Assembly (NCBI RefSeq): GCF_006345805.1
Contig: NC_043000.1
Span: forward strand, 39,742,001-39,806,000
Length of the DNA stretch: 64,000 bases
Direction of reading: 5' to 3'
Source of the DNA: Octopus sinensis
Lineage: Eukaryota
The stretch's first letter is position 1. Each line of letters starts with the position of its first letter. The translations under genes and the position numbers were made by a program. Below the pieces are notes generated by a model. That model was not told the origin of the DNA. It ran no database searches and saw nothing but the letters and a program-made list of their open reading frames with translations. This document shows positions 48,640 through 62,004 of this stretch, piece after piece.

Positions 48640-50160
48640 CACCAGCCAGATTGGCGACATTCTCACTAGAAAACGGGATAGGCAGATACTTGTGAATGCA
48701 CAGTTCTTCCCAGGTAAAGAATAGACTTAACAACATAGGTTGGCAGTTAGTGTTTTGAGACTTTGAGCTTTTGAATGTCTATAGAGCCAATATGAAATAG
48801 ATGTCGTAGAAACTTAGGGATCCTTAAAACAGTTGGAGATGTGATGTCGTAAACAAGCCATTGATGAAAAGGAGGAGAGAGAGGACAAGTGGAAGTTCCT
48901 ATAAGACAGCTCAAGTATAGCTGCAGAACAAATCTATGGCTGGTGCAAAATGCCAGCCAGGTGAAGGGTGACATGATGGTTGAACAGGGAAGTATACAGA
49001 GCAATAAAAGCAGAGACATCTTAAAGGGTTTGAAAGAATGGAGATAGCTTGAGGCTTGAAGAAAAGCTAGGAGACAGGTCTATTTAGCCAGGAGGAAAAA
49101 TGGGAAAATAAAAGTGGTAGGGCAATATTCTACAGCTTCAAGACTCAACATATGAAGTACTCTGTTTTGCAGGATAATGTAGCAGAAAAAATCGAGTTGT
49201 GGGATGTGTGTGCAGAAGGAGAATGTCATGGTTGCAATCCATGATTGAAAATAAAAAGGCATGGAAGTGCAAATATGAAAGGAAACTAAATATGGAGCAT
49301 GAATACAAAAAAGCCTTTGTAATGTGAACATATGAGAGGTCCAATATTCAGATGGCTTCCAGTCCTTCTTGTTGGATTAATTTTATTCAACTCTCCAGCA
49401 CCAGACTGTTCAACAATGCATGAAGTTTTTCATGAAAGGAGATGTAAAAAATATCTTGAAATGTAACTTGAACACCCTGTGTACCAATGTTTATATTTAC
49501 AAAGTTGCAGACTCTGATCTTGTGATGTGTAAAATGTTGGTTTCTTAAAGGCATCTTATAATTTTATCTCTTATATGAAGTATTTTGGGCAGCTAACTCT
49601 CATTTGTCCCTTTTATCTTTTAGTATATTGCTATCAAACACGTTATCATCATGTAACGTCTATGTTCCATTCTGGTATGGGTCAGACGGTTTGATGAGGA
49701 TCCAATGAGTCAAGGACTGCATTGTTCTCCAGTGTCTTCTTTGGCATGGTTTCCGCAGCTGGATGCATTTCCTAACCCTAACCACTTTGCACACTGTACT
49801 GTGTCCTTTACTAAGATCACTGGCACTACTGAGGGCATACTGTAGCTCGCCAGTGAACAAAACCAGGGAAGGAAGATGTTGCTGCTCTAAGGTAGTTAGG
49901 GGTAAGTCTATGAGGGAAGGGTTTGGAGTAGAGCAGGTTGTTGTGGAGGAGCTGCATGGCTAATCACATTTAGGAGAAAAAGTGAGACTGAACTAGAAGT
50001 ATTTTGAAGGATCTTATGCATCAAGGTGGCACTTGAGGCTATAGCTGGCAGTAGTCATGGTCTTAGAGTGTCTGTGGAAGGGAAGTTGGCAACATCTGTA
50101 ACAATTGAGGGAGCGGGGTACTAGAAGAGTGATGGTGACAATAATTTTGACAGTGGGGAG
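48640..50160. mobile_element. Degraded LINE (probably RTE-like) fragments
   Basis: Includes the GGATGC(A/C)(T/C)TTCCTA-type segment seen in the other RTE-like remnants. No open frame. Confidence 0.35.
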
Positions 50161-51094
50161 CCCCCCCCCCATATATATATTCGGGCATACCTCACCCTAC
50201 ATCATTAATTGGTTCCAGGAAATATGACTTCAGTTGAATTAACTTGTCTTTAGGCTAAACCGATAATAACTTTTCTCAGTTCTGTACATTATTTATGAAT
50301 ACATATTTAATAATACATGGTTAATAAAAACATATTTTAAGCTTGCAAACAAATTTTATTTTTCAATATAGTACAGTATGTACTAAAATCTTGTCCTTAT
50401 GTACAGTCATCGATACAGTTGTGTGACTCATCCCAAAAGATTGTGCAATTGCTACCGCTCTTTCACCTTTTTATGGTATTTTATCATCGCCAGTTTATCT
50501 TCCAGCACTTAACCACTTTCACTATGAATTTTCATAGGAGCCGGGGGGGGGGCAAAAAATAAAGTCACAAATGAGTGAGAAAGTAGCCAATAAACAGACG
50601 TAAACAAAACTGAATTCAAAACAGTTGCAGGAACCACGAGTGACAAAGACGCCTATGGTAGATATTGGAACTACAGTGCAATATGAGCTCCAAAAGACTG
50701 ATATATAAGACAACACAACTGATTTCAAGATTTCATTCACTAAGCTACACTACTTTATGGTGTGTATCTTAACATTTACTGTGCATATTTTAATATGGTT
50801 TTATATGCTTTTATTCTTGTTTATTTGACAGTAATGTAATTTTATGCGCTTTTAATGATTTTCTAACGATGTTACGATTCCCGTATTTATGGTGGACAGA
50901 CATAAAGTTGAGCAAAATGACTACTTCATTTTTATTTTCCCACATTATTTTTGAAAACTACGTACAATTGAGAATGACTTAAGCCGAGGTATGCTTGTAT
51001 ATATGTGTGTGTTTATAGACCTCTAAGGAATTCCATAAAAACCCTTTGTATTTAGGGAATAAAATTCAGATTACTTCGGAAGATGTGCATTTAA

Positions 51095-51412
51095 CTGTTA
51101 GAGTGGTTAGAGCGTCAAGCTTACAATGAGGTTGTGAGTTGAAATCCTAGACCGGGCTCTGTGTTGTGTTCTTGAGCAAGACACTTTATTTCGCGTTGCT
51201 CTAGTTTATTCAGCTGTAGAAATGAGTTGCGACGTCACACGTGCCAAGGTATATAGATCTTTGTCTTTTCCTTGGATAACACTGGTGGCATGGAGAGGTT
51301 TGGCTGGTATGCATGGGCGACTGCTGGTCTTCCATAAACAACCTTGCCCAGACTTGTGACTGGGAGGGTAACTTTCTAGGTGCAATCCCACGGTCAGTCA
51401 TGACCAAAGGGG
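51095..51412 (+). mobile_element. tRNA-derived SINE, degenerate
   Basis: GTGGTTAGAGCGTC...GAGTTGAAATCC head; GTTGTGTTCTTGAGCAAGACAC body shared with 42224-42449. Confidence 0.65.
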
Positions 51413-51689
51413 AGCTCAGCTCAGCATAGTGTTGATATAAGTGTTATAAAGAATCTCATTTGGGGCAAACATCTATATAGGCTTCACACACACAAAATAA
51501 ATTCAAAATCCGAAATAAATTATTTGTATTATAAATATCATGGAGGTAAGTTATCTCAAGGTGATGCTCCAGCATGGCTACAGTCAAATGACTGAAACAA
51601 ATAGAAGAATATAGATAGAGCGATGTTAAATATAGTGCAGGAAAGCAGCTATCAACAACTAATGTATTTGTTTTCATGTATGAGTAAAT

Positions 51690-53540
51690 ATAGATTCAAT
51701 AACTGGTGATTTCATATACATGGGATATCGACAGTAAACCATGTTAGTCTATGCTATAAGAGGCAGGGAAGAGGTTGGCGTTAAGAAAAAAATTTAACAA
51801 ACTTTAAAAAAAATGGAGCAACAATGAATGGATTAATTGCTGCGGATAAAAACTACAATACGTAAAGGGAGGTAATTAAGATTTAACTGACGTAAATATG
51901 TCAAGAGGAGATACGCATGCGCATTGAACGTGCTTCCTACTGCATGTTAAATGTCTGAATGAATTTCTTTTAATCAGCTAATTATAATACTTATAATGCA
52001 TTTATCAACTGCCACATACACACCTATATAAACAACACTATCCTTTACGAAATATTTCCGTAAGTATCAAACAATGAAAATATTCAATGTTTTTAATTCT
52101 GGAGACTTTCGGTTTTTGGCGCCTCGATTCTTTGTGTCTTTTTTATGTTATGTGAATGAGAGATGTCCTTGATTCGTGTGGGATTTGGTTGCTATTTCTA
52201 ACTATGGAAGAGAGATCCTTGTTTTGTGTGGGATTTGGCTGCTATTTCTAGGTATGGGAGAGAGATGACTTTGAATTGTGTGGGATTTGGCTGCTATTTC
52301 TATGTGTGGAAGAGAGATGTCTTTGATTTGTGTGGGTTTGGTGTCTTTTTCTATCTGTGGAAGCTACCTTCTACACTGTCCATCGTTGCCAAGTTTGGAA
52401 ATGGAAAAATTACATATTTCAGTTTGAAAAGACAAAGTGGAGAAAAGAATTGCAATGGCGATCTTTGTTCTAAAGGAGTGAGGAACAACGTTCCAGAATC
52501 ATGGATAGCTGTGTTCCCCACCCCGAATTTGTTGTCTCATAACTTCCAGAAAATGGATACTTTTTACTAAAACTTTCAACAAATAATCTCTTGGATCCTG
52601 TAGATTGAGTGTACCTAAAGATTTCTTCCGTGGGGTTCGGGAGTGGAGTTTTGGTAAATTCACACGACCCGACGTCTACCCCTTTATAAGTTTCAGCAGC
52701 AAACCTTTCGGAGGGTGCAGATTATGATTATTGGGTTGGTGCATAATTATTGCGGCTTTTTTTCAACAAATTTTATCCAACAAAAACATCTTTAAATGAC
52801 GGTATGACTGTCTGCCAAGCAAATGGGAAGCAGTGATTGAAAGAATCACAGAGCATCTCAAAATACAGTAACGAAAGGATTAATACAGTATATGGGGATA
52901 GGACATTAAGCATAAGCCAGCGTCAATATAATGCGGAGAAGCCGTTATCAACAAGTGTTTTATTTGTTTCCATGTACGAATAAATTTAGACTTATTGATT
53001 GGTGATGTTTTTGTTTCATATAGAAGTAATTTTGACAGTAAACCATATTTCTGCATTCTATAGGTGGCAAATAAGACGGTTGGCGCAAAGAAAGGTCAAC
53101 CAACTGTAAATAACAGCCTAAAAACCAGAGCAACAACGAATGGATTAATTGTTGCTGTGGTTAAAATCTACGAAACTAACCCCCGAATTTAGGCGGGGGT
53201 TAAAATGCCTATCGTTTTGAAGTTTCACGTTTATATAGTTATGTTCTCATAACAATACAAACATGACTAGTTAAAACATTATTTTGCGAGAATGATTTAA
53301 TGAAGACATCAAGACAGTTGAAATATTTGGGCGAATATGGCAAAGAATGATCCAATCAAGAAAGGACTGGAAGGGCATCGTGAGCAGCGACGTCTAACAT
53401 CTTAAATATTTCAGAGGGGATTCGCATTGAACGTAAATCCTACTTGCTGTTGATACCTGAGTAAATGTTATTTGAATGAATGTCTCTTAATCAGCTGATA
53501 ATAATACATTTCTCAACTACTACATACACACATATAGGCG
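51690..53540 (+). repeat. Two orphan copies of the ZNF-cassette upstream/promoter segment
   Basis: 51690-52400 and ~52990-53540 align to 32240-32900. CGCATGCGCA is at 51914-51923. No ZNF ORF follows. Confidence 0.65.
52158..52365. repeat. ~51-bp minisatellite, 4 copies
   Basis: GTGTGGG(A/T)TT starts at 52176, 52226, 52278 and 52330. Confidence 0.8.
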
Positions 53541-53929
53541 ATCCTTCGATATAACTCGGGCAAATGTCACTTTTAATCAACTGTTAAGTTACAGCATTCG
53601 CTAAATTCAGTAAAATTTATTTATTTATTTCGTAGGTGAAAACAGTCTTTGAAGGCAGCATAAAGTGAAAGAGAGAGGAAATGGACATAAACGTGTGTAT
53701 GTGTCGATGGGGGTTGCGAGACAGAAAACGTGTGCTGTGTGTTGCTAAGAGAGGCTAACTTCATACTTTTCCTTAATTTGTGTTCCCTAGAAACTAATTA
53801 AAGACTAAGAAACGAAAGTGTAAAAAAGCGAAATTGTGAGATGCCAAACGAAAAACGAATCAGTGACGTAGAAAAGTGTTCGATATTTATTGATAATGTG
53901 TTATAAACACTTCGATGTGTTATTTTCAT

Positions 53930-55060
53930 TAAATCATATTTGGAAATCTGTACAGTTTGCGCAAGAAAACAGATTTCATTAGGCTCAATAAAAAGGAAAA
54001 CAGTTTAAAGCAAAAAGGGATGTAGTAAGAGTTATTATCCTTGCCCTGACTCTGTACTTCCCCGCTCTTCATTATATATTCTTTATTCCTTACATGTTCT
54101 CTGACTCTCTCTCTCTCTCTCTCGTTAAACACTCCCACCCGATGTAATGTACACTGGCTCCGCCCCTCTTCTTACCCTTCCTTTATTAGTAAATGTATTT
54201 ATCGTTTGCCTCATTATATATTACAGTGCCCTTCCCTCTCTTGCTTTCTGTCTTTGCTGATCACTTGCCTTCTATTTCCATCTCCTTTTTTTCCTCTCTC
54301 TCTCTCGCCCACAAAACATAGCAATCGACTTCTCCCTCTTTGTCTTCTCTCTCTCATCACCTCATTATATATTTATTTTAAACCCCGCCTCCCTTGCTAT
54401 ACCGCTCACCTCATCCCCTTCCTCACTGATAATATATATCAGTTTCTCTTCCTCTCTGTAACCTCATACATTAATGTGTCCCTCCCCTTCCCTAAGTATC
54501 CCTCTCTATTTTCCTTTCTTGATCTCTATCTTCCTCCTCCACTTCGTTATATTATTACCCTCTTCTTTTATTTCTAAGAGACGCTACTTTTTAAATTTTG
54601 GTGCAGCTTAATTTAAATAATCAATTATTTAACTAATGACTAATTACATAAATACTTTGTAGTTTATAATTGAAGAAATTAAATAGTGCAAGCATTGAAG
54701 GACAATTTAAGAAGCTTTTATTAAAATAATTGTCCTCTACATGATTTCAGATTATGCTAGAAATAACAGCCAGTTGCGCTCAAATTTGCATTTGTTTTCT
54801 TTAAATAATTAAAAGGGACATTAAGAAACATTTCTAAAATCTTTTCCCATACTTGGTATTCTTCATTCTAGAATCAGAAGCCGTGTGACTTTCAATTCAC
54901 TATGTTTTTCATATAAAAATTTGAAGGACAATTAAGAAGAATTTATAAAAGAAAGAGACCAACATATTGTCTCACATCTTTCTAGAAACAGAAAGCAAGT
55001 CCTTCAAAGTTTATAGTTTTTCAGTTGTGAATGGAAGGACACTTTGAGAAGCATCTATAT
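53930..55060. repeat. CT-rich duplicated block (inverted relative to 13480-15365)
   Basis: Shared segments such as TAATTACATAA(A)TACT(T/G)TGTAGTT with 31810-31850. Confidence 0.65.
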
Positions 55061-55362
55061 AAAACACTGCTTCTTCTGCCTTCTCTCCAACCCAACATTC
55101 TCCCACACTCTTACTAAAACCTTTATATCATTATCTCTCTCTCTCTCTCTTTATATATATATATATATATAACATTTTATAAAGGGCTTAGTAAAATAAA
55201 TTACTTTGCCACATACTGAACTCATTAGAAATAGCAGCCAAAAAAAAATTTTTTTAGCCATTTCTAATACTTAAAGAAAATTTCTCTCAGATAGTGTTTA
55301 CTCAAAATAACCCACGAAGGTATGGGGGTAAAAACATTAAAAAATCACAAGTGCAAAGATTA

Positions 55363-55424
55363 TTTGAGAACGTACGTTTCTAGATCAGCCAAATACAATT
55401 CGACATTTCTTTCGTCAGCTCAAA
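55363..55424 (-). ncRNA. Type-I hammerhead ribozyme, monomer 1
   Basis: UUUGAG-CUGACGA-[A AGA AAU GUCGAA UUGUA UUUGGC UGA UCU A]-GAAA-CGUACG-UU^CUCAAA. The core is canonical and stem III is palindromic. The first stem-II pair is A-A and the triplet is GUU. Confidence 0.7.
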
Positions 55425-55926
55425 ATTTCTTAATTCGGATTTGTAAACACTGAAAGTAGGAGCATACCCTTTTGGCGACTTTTCACCTCCGAAGATCCGT
55501 TCAGACTAACAGTGCCAACAAATTCAAAATATGCAAGCGAAGAATTTCCACCCACCCTTTCCACCCACGTGGGCTAAACTAGTAAACACCATGTTTTATC
55601 GGTGAAAACCGAAGCATTAAACAGAGAGAAATGAATTATAATTTCAACAATTGAGGGTAAAATTAATTAATTATTAATCAATTTCACCAAGTATTCAGTA
55701 TGTAAAGGGACCATTTAAGGCGAATTCAAAATATTACATTTTATAAAGGGCTTAGTAAAATAAATTACTTTGCCACATACTGAACTCATTAGAAATAGCA
55801 GCCAAAAAAAAATTTTTTTAGCCATTTCTAATACTTAAAGAAAATTTCTCTCAGATAGTGTTTACTCAAAATAACCCACGAAGGTATGGGGGTAAAAACA
55901 TTAAAAAATCACAAGTGCAAAGATTA

Positions 55927-55989
55927 TTTGAGAACGTACGTTTCTAGATCAGCCAAACATACAATTCGACATTTCTTTCGTCAGTCAAA
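55927..55989 (-). ncRNA. Type-I hammerhead ribozyme, monomer 2 (1-nt deletion in stem I)
   Basis: Same motif, with 2 extra nt in loop II. Confidence 0.6.
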
Positions 55990-56484
55990 ATTTCTTAATT
56001 CGGATTTGTAAACACTGAAAGTAGGAGCATACCCTTTTGGCGATTTTCACCTCCGAAGATCCGTTCACTAACATGCCAACAACAAATCAAATATGCAAGC
56101 GAAGAATTTCTGCCCTCCCTTTCCACCCACGTGGGCTAAACTAGTAACACCATGTTTTATCGGTGAAAACCGAAGCATTAAACAGAGAGAAATGAATTAT
56201 AATTTCAACAATTGAGGGTAAAATTAATTAATATTATCAATTTCACCAGTATTCAGTATGTAAAGGGACCATTTAAGGTGAATTCAAAATATTACATTTT
56301 ATAAAGGGCTTAGTAAAATAAATTACTTTGCCACATACTGAACTCATTAGAAATAGCAGCCAAAAAAAAATTTTTTTAGCCATTTCTAATACTTAAAGAA
56401 AATTTCTCTCAGATAGTGTTTACTCAAAATAACCCACGAAGGTATGGGGGTAAAAACATTAAAAAATCACAAGTGCACAGATTA

Positions 56485-56546
56485 TTTGAGAACGTACGTT
56501 TCTAGATCAGCCAAATACAATTCGACATTTCTTTCGTCAGCTCAAA
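56485..56546 (-). ncRNA. Type-I hammerhead ribozyme, monomer 3
   Basis: Identical to the monomer-1 motif. Confidence 0.7.
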
Positions 56547-56937
56547 ATTTCTTAATTCGGATTTGTAAACACTGAAAGTAGGAGCATACCCTTTTGGCGA
56601 CTTTTCACCTCCGAAGATCCGTTCAGACTAACAGTGCCAACAAATTCAAAATATGCAAGCGAAGAATTTCTGCCCTCCCTTTCCACCCACGTGGGCTAAA
56701 CTAGTAAACACCATGTTTTATCGGTGAAAACCAAAGCATTAAACAGAGAGAAATGAATTATAATTTCAACAATTGAGGGTAAAATTAATTAATTATTAAT
56801 CAATTTCACCAAGTATTCAGTATGTAAAGGGACCATTTAAGGCGAATTCAAAATATTACATTTTATAAAGGGCTTAGTAAAATAAATTACTTTGCCACAT
56901 ACTGAACTCATTAGAAATAGCAGCCAAAAAATATGGA

Positions 56938-56968
<31 letters not shown>

Positions 56969-57334
56969 AGTGAGAGAGAGAGTATTGTAGTTCGCTTGAA
57001 GCATTGTGTATTGTTTTTTAAAAAAATAAAGTATCTTGAATGGCACAACAGTGCACTATAATAACAACTATGGACTATAATAACTGTTATAATCTAATCA
57101 TTTATAGTCTGATACAACATTTCGGAATATACTTGAAATACGACAACACGCACACTGAATGCTCTCAATATACTGATACATAAAGGTCATCTTTCATCCT
57201 TTTAGGGTCGATAAATTAAGGACCAGTTGAGTACTACACCCTCCCCCAAAATTTCGGGCTTTGTGCCTAAAATAGAAAAGAATAGGTAAAGGGAGATAAT
57301 TAGACTTTGCTGCATGGAATATTTTGGGGGGATA

Positions 57335-57378
57335 CGCATGCGCACTGAATGAGCATCCTACTTGGTGTTGACTTCCGG
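57335..57378 (+). promoter_or_regulatory. Putative ZNF-cassette promoter: NRF1-like plus ETS motif
   Basis: CGCATGCGCA at 57335-57344 and ACTTCCGG at 57371-57378. Confidence 0.5.
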
Positions 57379-57689
57379 TTAAATGTCCTTTGACTGAATC
57401 AGCTGATAATAATAGATTTATAATTCTTTATAAGGTATTTCTCAAATACCACACATGCACACATATATAACAACACTAACCTTTATGAAACATTTGCGTA
57501 AGTATTAAACAAAGAAAATGTTCAATGTTTTTAATTCTGGAGACTTTCGGTTTTTGGTGCCTCAATTCTTTGTGTCTTTTCTTTGTTTTATGAATGAGAG
57601 ATGTCCTTGATTCTTGCAGGATTTGGCTGTTATTTTACTTGCTATGGAAGACAGATGTCCATGATTTGTGCAAAATTTGCCTGTAATAT

Positions 57690-58497
57690 AATATATAATA
57701 ATAATAAAACATTGTGTACAGTGCTCAGGTGCACTACAACTCATCTAAAGTGTATGTATAGTACATAGGGAAATGTACAAGCATCAGGAAAAGAACAGTG
57801 CATGAGTCATGACATACACATATGTGTATGAGTATGGAAGGGGGACAATCAGGTGTAGTTTCGGCGGATTTCGGAAAGGATGAGGGCCTTAAAGGATGCA
57901 GTGTCATGGCAGTCAACAACTGACGCAGGCAGTTTGTTCCATGCTTCAGCAACTCTGAGCGTGAAAAAATGTTTCCGAAAGTCATGGGAGCTGTGCTGTT
58001 TTCTGAATTTGTAGGCATGTTCACGTGTGTTGGACACATGGAGATCAAAAAGGTGTTCAGTGTTGTTGTTGGTGAGGTGGTTGATAACTTTGTGGGTTAT
58101 CGCCAGACGCTGGAGCTTCAGTGAATCCATGCCCAGGGAAGCAAGGCGCTCAGAGTATGGTAGGTATCTGATGGAGGGTATGCGTTTAGTTGCACGTCTC
58201 TGAACAGATTCCAGGAGGTCAATGTTCTGAGCAAGATAAGGGTTCCAAACTGATGATGCGAATTCCAAGTGTGGTCGTACCATAGCTGTATACAGCTTTA
58301 AATAGATGGCTGGAGAGCGGCTAACAAAAGTCTTGCTGAGTGATGCCAAGACACCCTCGGCCTTCTTGACAATTTTAGAGATATGCTTTGTCCAACGCAA
58401 ATCACTGCTGACAGTGATGCCTAGGTTATGCTCGCAAGAGGATTTCTTGATATCAGTGTTGTGGAGGTAGTATGTGGACGCAGGGTTTTTTCTCCCA
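57690..58497 (-). mobile_element. CR1-clade LINE 3' fragment
   Basis: ORF 57849-58520 has NLGITVSSDLRW, LYTAMVRPHLEFASSVWNP, LESVQRRATK and FFTLRVAEAWNKLP. It interrupts the cassette 5' region relative to 42770-42810. Confidence 0.88.
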
Positions 58498-59173
58498 AAA
58501 TTTCTAGTTACGAAAGACATATCTATGATTTGTTCGTGATTTGGCTGCTATTTCTCGCTATGGAAGCTACTTACTTTCTTCTCCGTCGTTGCCTGTTTAG
58601 ATTGTTGTGTGTTTTAATTTGAGAAATATTCTCAAATACTTTCCAACCACTGAAATGTTTGGAAACCAATACTTTATTTTAATTTATCGATTGTTTCTCA
58701 GTATTACTATCGATCTGTGCCCAACCAACTAGTAATTTGTTTCCTCATAACTTTCTGAAAAAATGGGGAATTTGAAATAAAATTATCTGAAAGTATGTTT
58801 CAGATGGTGTAGATAAGTGCTTTCGTGTGGCACTGCATGGGCACTTTTATGTAGCATGACATAGTTGCTTTAACATGGTGGCATTTCTGCATGAAACTGC
58901 CCGTTTGATTTTTATGAAGAACAGTCACAAGTGCTTTTGGTGACCAGAGGGATGAGTCTGAATACCTCCGCTGTGGAGTAAGGGGCATCTTGAGTACAGC
59001 GAGGTGGCAGGCATCTTGCTCTTTGTCATATCACCTGAAAGGTTCAGCATCCTGATTTTGCTCATCAGCACTCCATCCCATGTCTTCTTTGGTGTCCCGC
59101 TTCCACATATTCCATCGATCTGAGAGATTGGCACTTCTTTATGGAACTATTGCCATCTGGTTAAGTTGTCAAG

Positions 59174-59270
59174 GTAAATGTTTGTTTCTACAGTTTATCT
59201 CAATAGAACTGAACCTGTTTTTTTTTTAGGTGACCTCTACATTTTACACTTTTTTTTTCTATAATTTCAG
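59174..59270 (+). other. Predicted short 5'-UTR intron (97 nt)
   Basis: Donor AAG|GTAAAT and acceptor TTTCAG|AACATC. Confidence 0.65.
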
Positions 59271-59630
59271 AACATCGGATGAGAGAAGAATCCTCAATGT
59301 CGACCATGTTTTAAAGATTAAAGGAAAATACACAAAACAGAAGTATCACTTGATTTCTACAATTCTTTGGGAGAATTTTTGTGAAACATTTGCTCTGAAA
59401 TAATAATATTAGCCAGATTTCTGAACATTGCTGACTAGAGTGTCAAGAAGAGAAGACTGTGTGCTGATTAAAGTTGGATAAATCTTTGGAAGTGTTGCTA
59501 AACAAAGGTAACACTGGACAGAAATACAGCAGCAGAAGTGTATGTAAGGAATAAAGTATAAAAACGAAAGCAAGAAAAATATATTAACTGGAATTTGAGA
59601 GGAAAAGAGAAATTGATTTCCCCTGAACAC

Positions 59631-61097
59631 ATGAGAAAAGAGATGACATCATATAACTGTGATATCTGTACAAAGTCCTTCTCGAAAAAAAGTTACCTAA
59701 ATGTGCACAAACATATTCATACAGGTGAGAAACCATATCATTGTGATATTTGTGGTAAATCATTCTCTCAAAATGGTGATTTAGCAAAACATATACGTAT
59801 TCACACAGGAGAGAAGCCATATCATTGTGATATTTGTGGTAAATCATTTTCAATTTGTAATGATCTGAAGATACACAAACGTATTCATACAGGAGAGAAG
59901 CCATATCACTGTGGGTTCTGTGGTAAATCATTTTCTAATATTTCTCATGTATCTGCACACAAACGTATTCATACAGGAGATAAACCATATCACTGTGAAA
60001 TTTGTGGTAAATCATTTTCTACAAGTAGTGCGTTAACAAAACACATACGTATTCATACAGGAGAGAAGCCGTATCAGTGTGATATTTGTGGTAAATCATT
60101 TTCTGCAAGTAGTGAGTTAACAGGACACAAACGTATTCATACAGGAGAGAAGCCATATCACTGTGGGGTCTGTGGTAAATCATTTTCTCAAAGTTCTCAT
60201 TTATCTGCACACAAACGTACTCATACGGGAGAGAAACCCTATCACTGTGATATTTGTGGTAAATCATTTTCTGCAAGTAGTGTGTTAAAAAAACACAAAC
60301 GTATTCATACAGGAGAGAAGCCATATCAGTGTGATATCTGTAGTAAATCATTCTCTCGAAATGATGCCTTAGCAACACACAAACGTATTCATACAGGAGA
60401 GAAACCATATAATTGCGACATCTGTGGTAAATCATTCTATGAAAGTTATCACCTAAATATACACAAACGTTTTCATACAGGAGAGAAACCATATCATTGT
60501 GATATTTGTGGTAAATCATTCTCACTAAATAATGGCCTAAAGAAACACCAACGTACTCATACAGGAGAGAAACCATATCCATGTGATATCTGTGGTAAAT
60601 CATTCTCTCAAAGTGACTATGTAAATACACACAAACGTACTCATACAGGAGAGAAACCATATCTTTGTGATATTTGTGGTAAATCATTCTCTGAAAGTAG
60701 TTCATTAACACAACACAAACGTATGCATATAGGAGAGAAACTGTATCAGTGTGATATCTGTGGTAAATCATTCTCTCGAAGTAGTGCCTTAGCAAAGCAC
60801 AAATATATTCATACAGGAGAGAAACCATATAATTGCGACATCTGTGGTAAATCATTCTCTCGAATTGACCATGTAAATTCACACAAACATATTCATACAG
60901 GAGAGAAGCCATATCCCTGTGATATCTGTGGTAAATCATTCTCTCAAAGTGATGCCTTAAAGAAACACAACCGTGTCCACACAGGAGAGAAGCCATATCA
61001 CTGTGATGTTTGTGGTAAATTATTCTCTCAAAATAGTAAATTAATGAAACACAAACATATTCATACGAGGGAGGAAGGAAAAGGGCAGTTTTTATAG
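59631..61097 (+). CDS. C2H2 zinc-finger protein, 17 tandem fingers, no effector domain
   Basis: First ATG is at 59631 (MRKEMTS). Regular 28-aa units. Confidence 0.92.
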   Translation: MRKEMTSYNCDICTKSFSKKSYLNVHKHIHTGEKPYHCDICGKSFSQNGDLAKHIRIHTGEKPYHCDICGKSFSICNDLKIHKRIHTGEKPYHCGFCGKSFSNISHVSAHKRIHTGDKPYHCEICGKSFSTSSALTKHIRIHTGEKPYQCDICGKSFSASSELTGHKRIHTGEKPYHCGVCGKSFSQSSHLSAHKRTHTGEKPYHCDICGKSFSASSVLKKHKRIHTGEKPYQCDICSKSFSRNDALATHKRIHTGEKPYNCDICGKSFYESYHLNIHKRFHTGEKPYHCDICGKSFSLNNGLKKHQRTHTGEKPYPCDICGKSFSQSDYVNTHKRTHTGEKPYLCDICGKSFSESSSLTQHKRMHIGEKLYQCDICGKSFSRSSALAKHKYIHTGEKPYNCDICGKSFSRIDHVNSHKHIHTGEKPYPCDICGKSFSQSDALKKHNRVHTGEKPYHCDVCGKLFSQNSKLMKHKHIHTREEGKGQFL

Positions 61098-62004
61098 TTG
61101 AGATTTTTTTGTTTTGTTGTTTCAATATTCACCTCCCACTCATGTATTTACTTTCCCTGGTGTAAGGACCTCTTATACCAAATCTCCTGACAACCCTATA
61201 TATTATTCTTTCTTGAATATCACATCCTGTAATTACAGCATATTTACTGTTTATTGTATTTTAAATGCTTCTCTCATTAATTATATTACAAAATAACTTG
61301 CATTATTATTTTTTTATACTCAAGAATATTGTAAAAATTGTCAAATATTCACGTAAACAGTGACCCCCCCCCCCAAATACAAACGGAACTGACAACAAAG
61401 GAAGAACATGTGGCATAAATGTAGTTTAGTGTCTCATACCTGGCTGATTCCTTGTTAGTTTCTCAATAATGGTCTCTTTAAATTAAACTTTGCAGAGATA
61501 GGTTTTCAAGTGTCCAAATTATTATGATTACTCATTATCCTTTGTCGACTTTGTTCCACTCTGATAAACTTATCCACTTCTTCAACATGTGAGGTTAAAT
61601 TCAGTTCAGCCTAGATAACCTATGAAATATCTTTTGTTACTGTGACCTAGCTTAGCTATGAAATTTTATAAAGGTGGAACAGTAAATAGAATGCTCTCTT
61701 TCTTTTAGTTGACACGTGTAACAGAGGCAACATACCTTGTCTCCGTAATGTCACAGACCTACAGATGTGCTTTTGGCTCTTTACTTGTTGGCTGTTACAG
61801 ATGTAACATTTCCCTCTTATCCTGTCTACTCAGAGATATTTACACGATGGACAACAACTACACCCAGTCTTTATGTATTAACAACTCGAAATAGTTATTT
61901 AGCTGATAATTCTAAACAAAAGCCAGTTCACATGTGATCTATTAAGTATATTAAAAGATCAAAAAATATCAACTAGATTATGGCTTGGAGACAGCAGTTT
62001 ACTC

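Larger units (their letters stand above)
55171..56930 (-). mobile_element. Tandem array of ~560-bp hammerhead-containing monomers (3.1 copies), retrozyme-like
   Basis: Units start at 55172, 55736, 56294 and 56858 (periods 564, 558, 564). Each full unit has one HHR, and (TA)n flanks both sides. Confidence 0.8.

Noticed and set aside
55171-56930. Array as CRISPR or a plain satellite
   Set aside because: No spacers, eukaryotic context and ~560-bp units; the embedded HHR explains it better.
60019-61125. 368-aa antisense ORF (and similar ones at 35705-36286 and 47197-47937)
   Set aside because: Shadow frames of the 84-bp finger repeat ([16 protein letters not shown]); explained by the codon usage of the sense gene.
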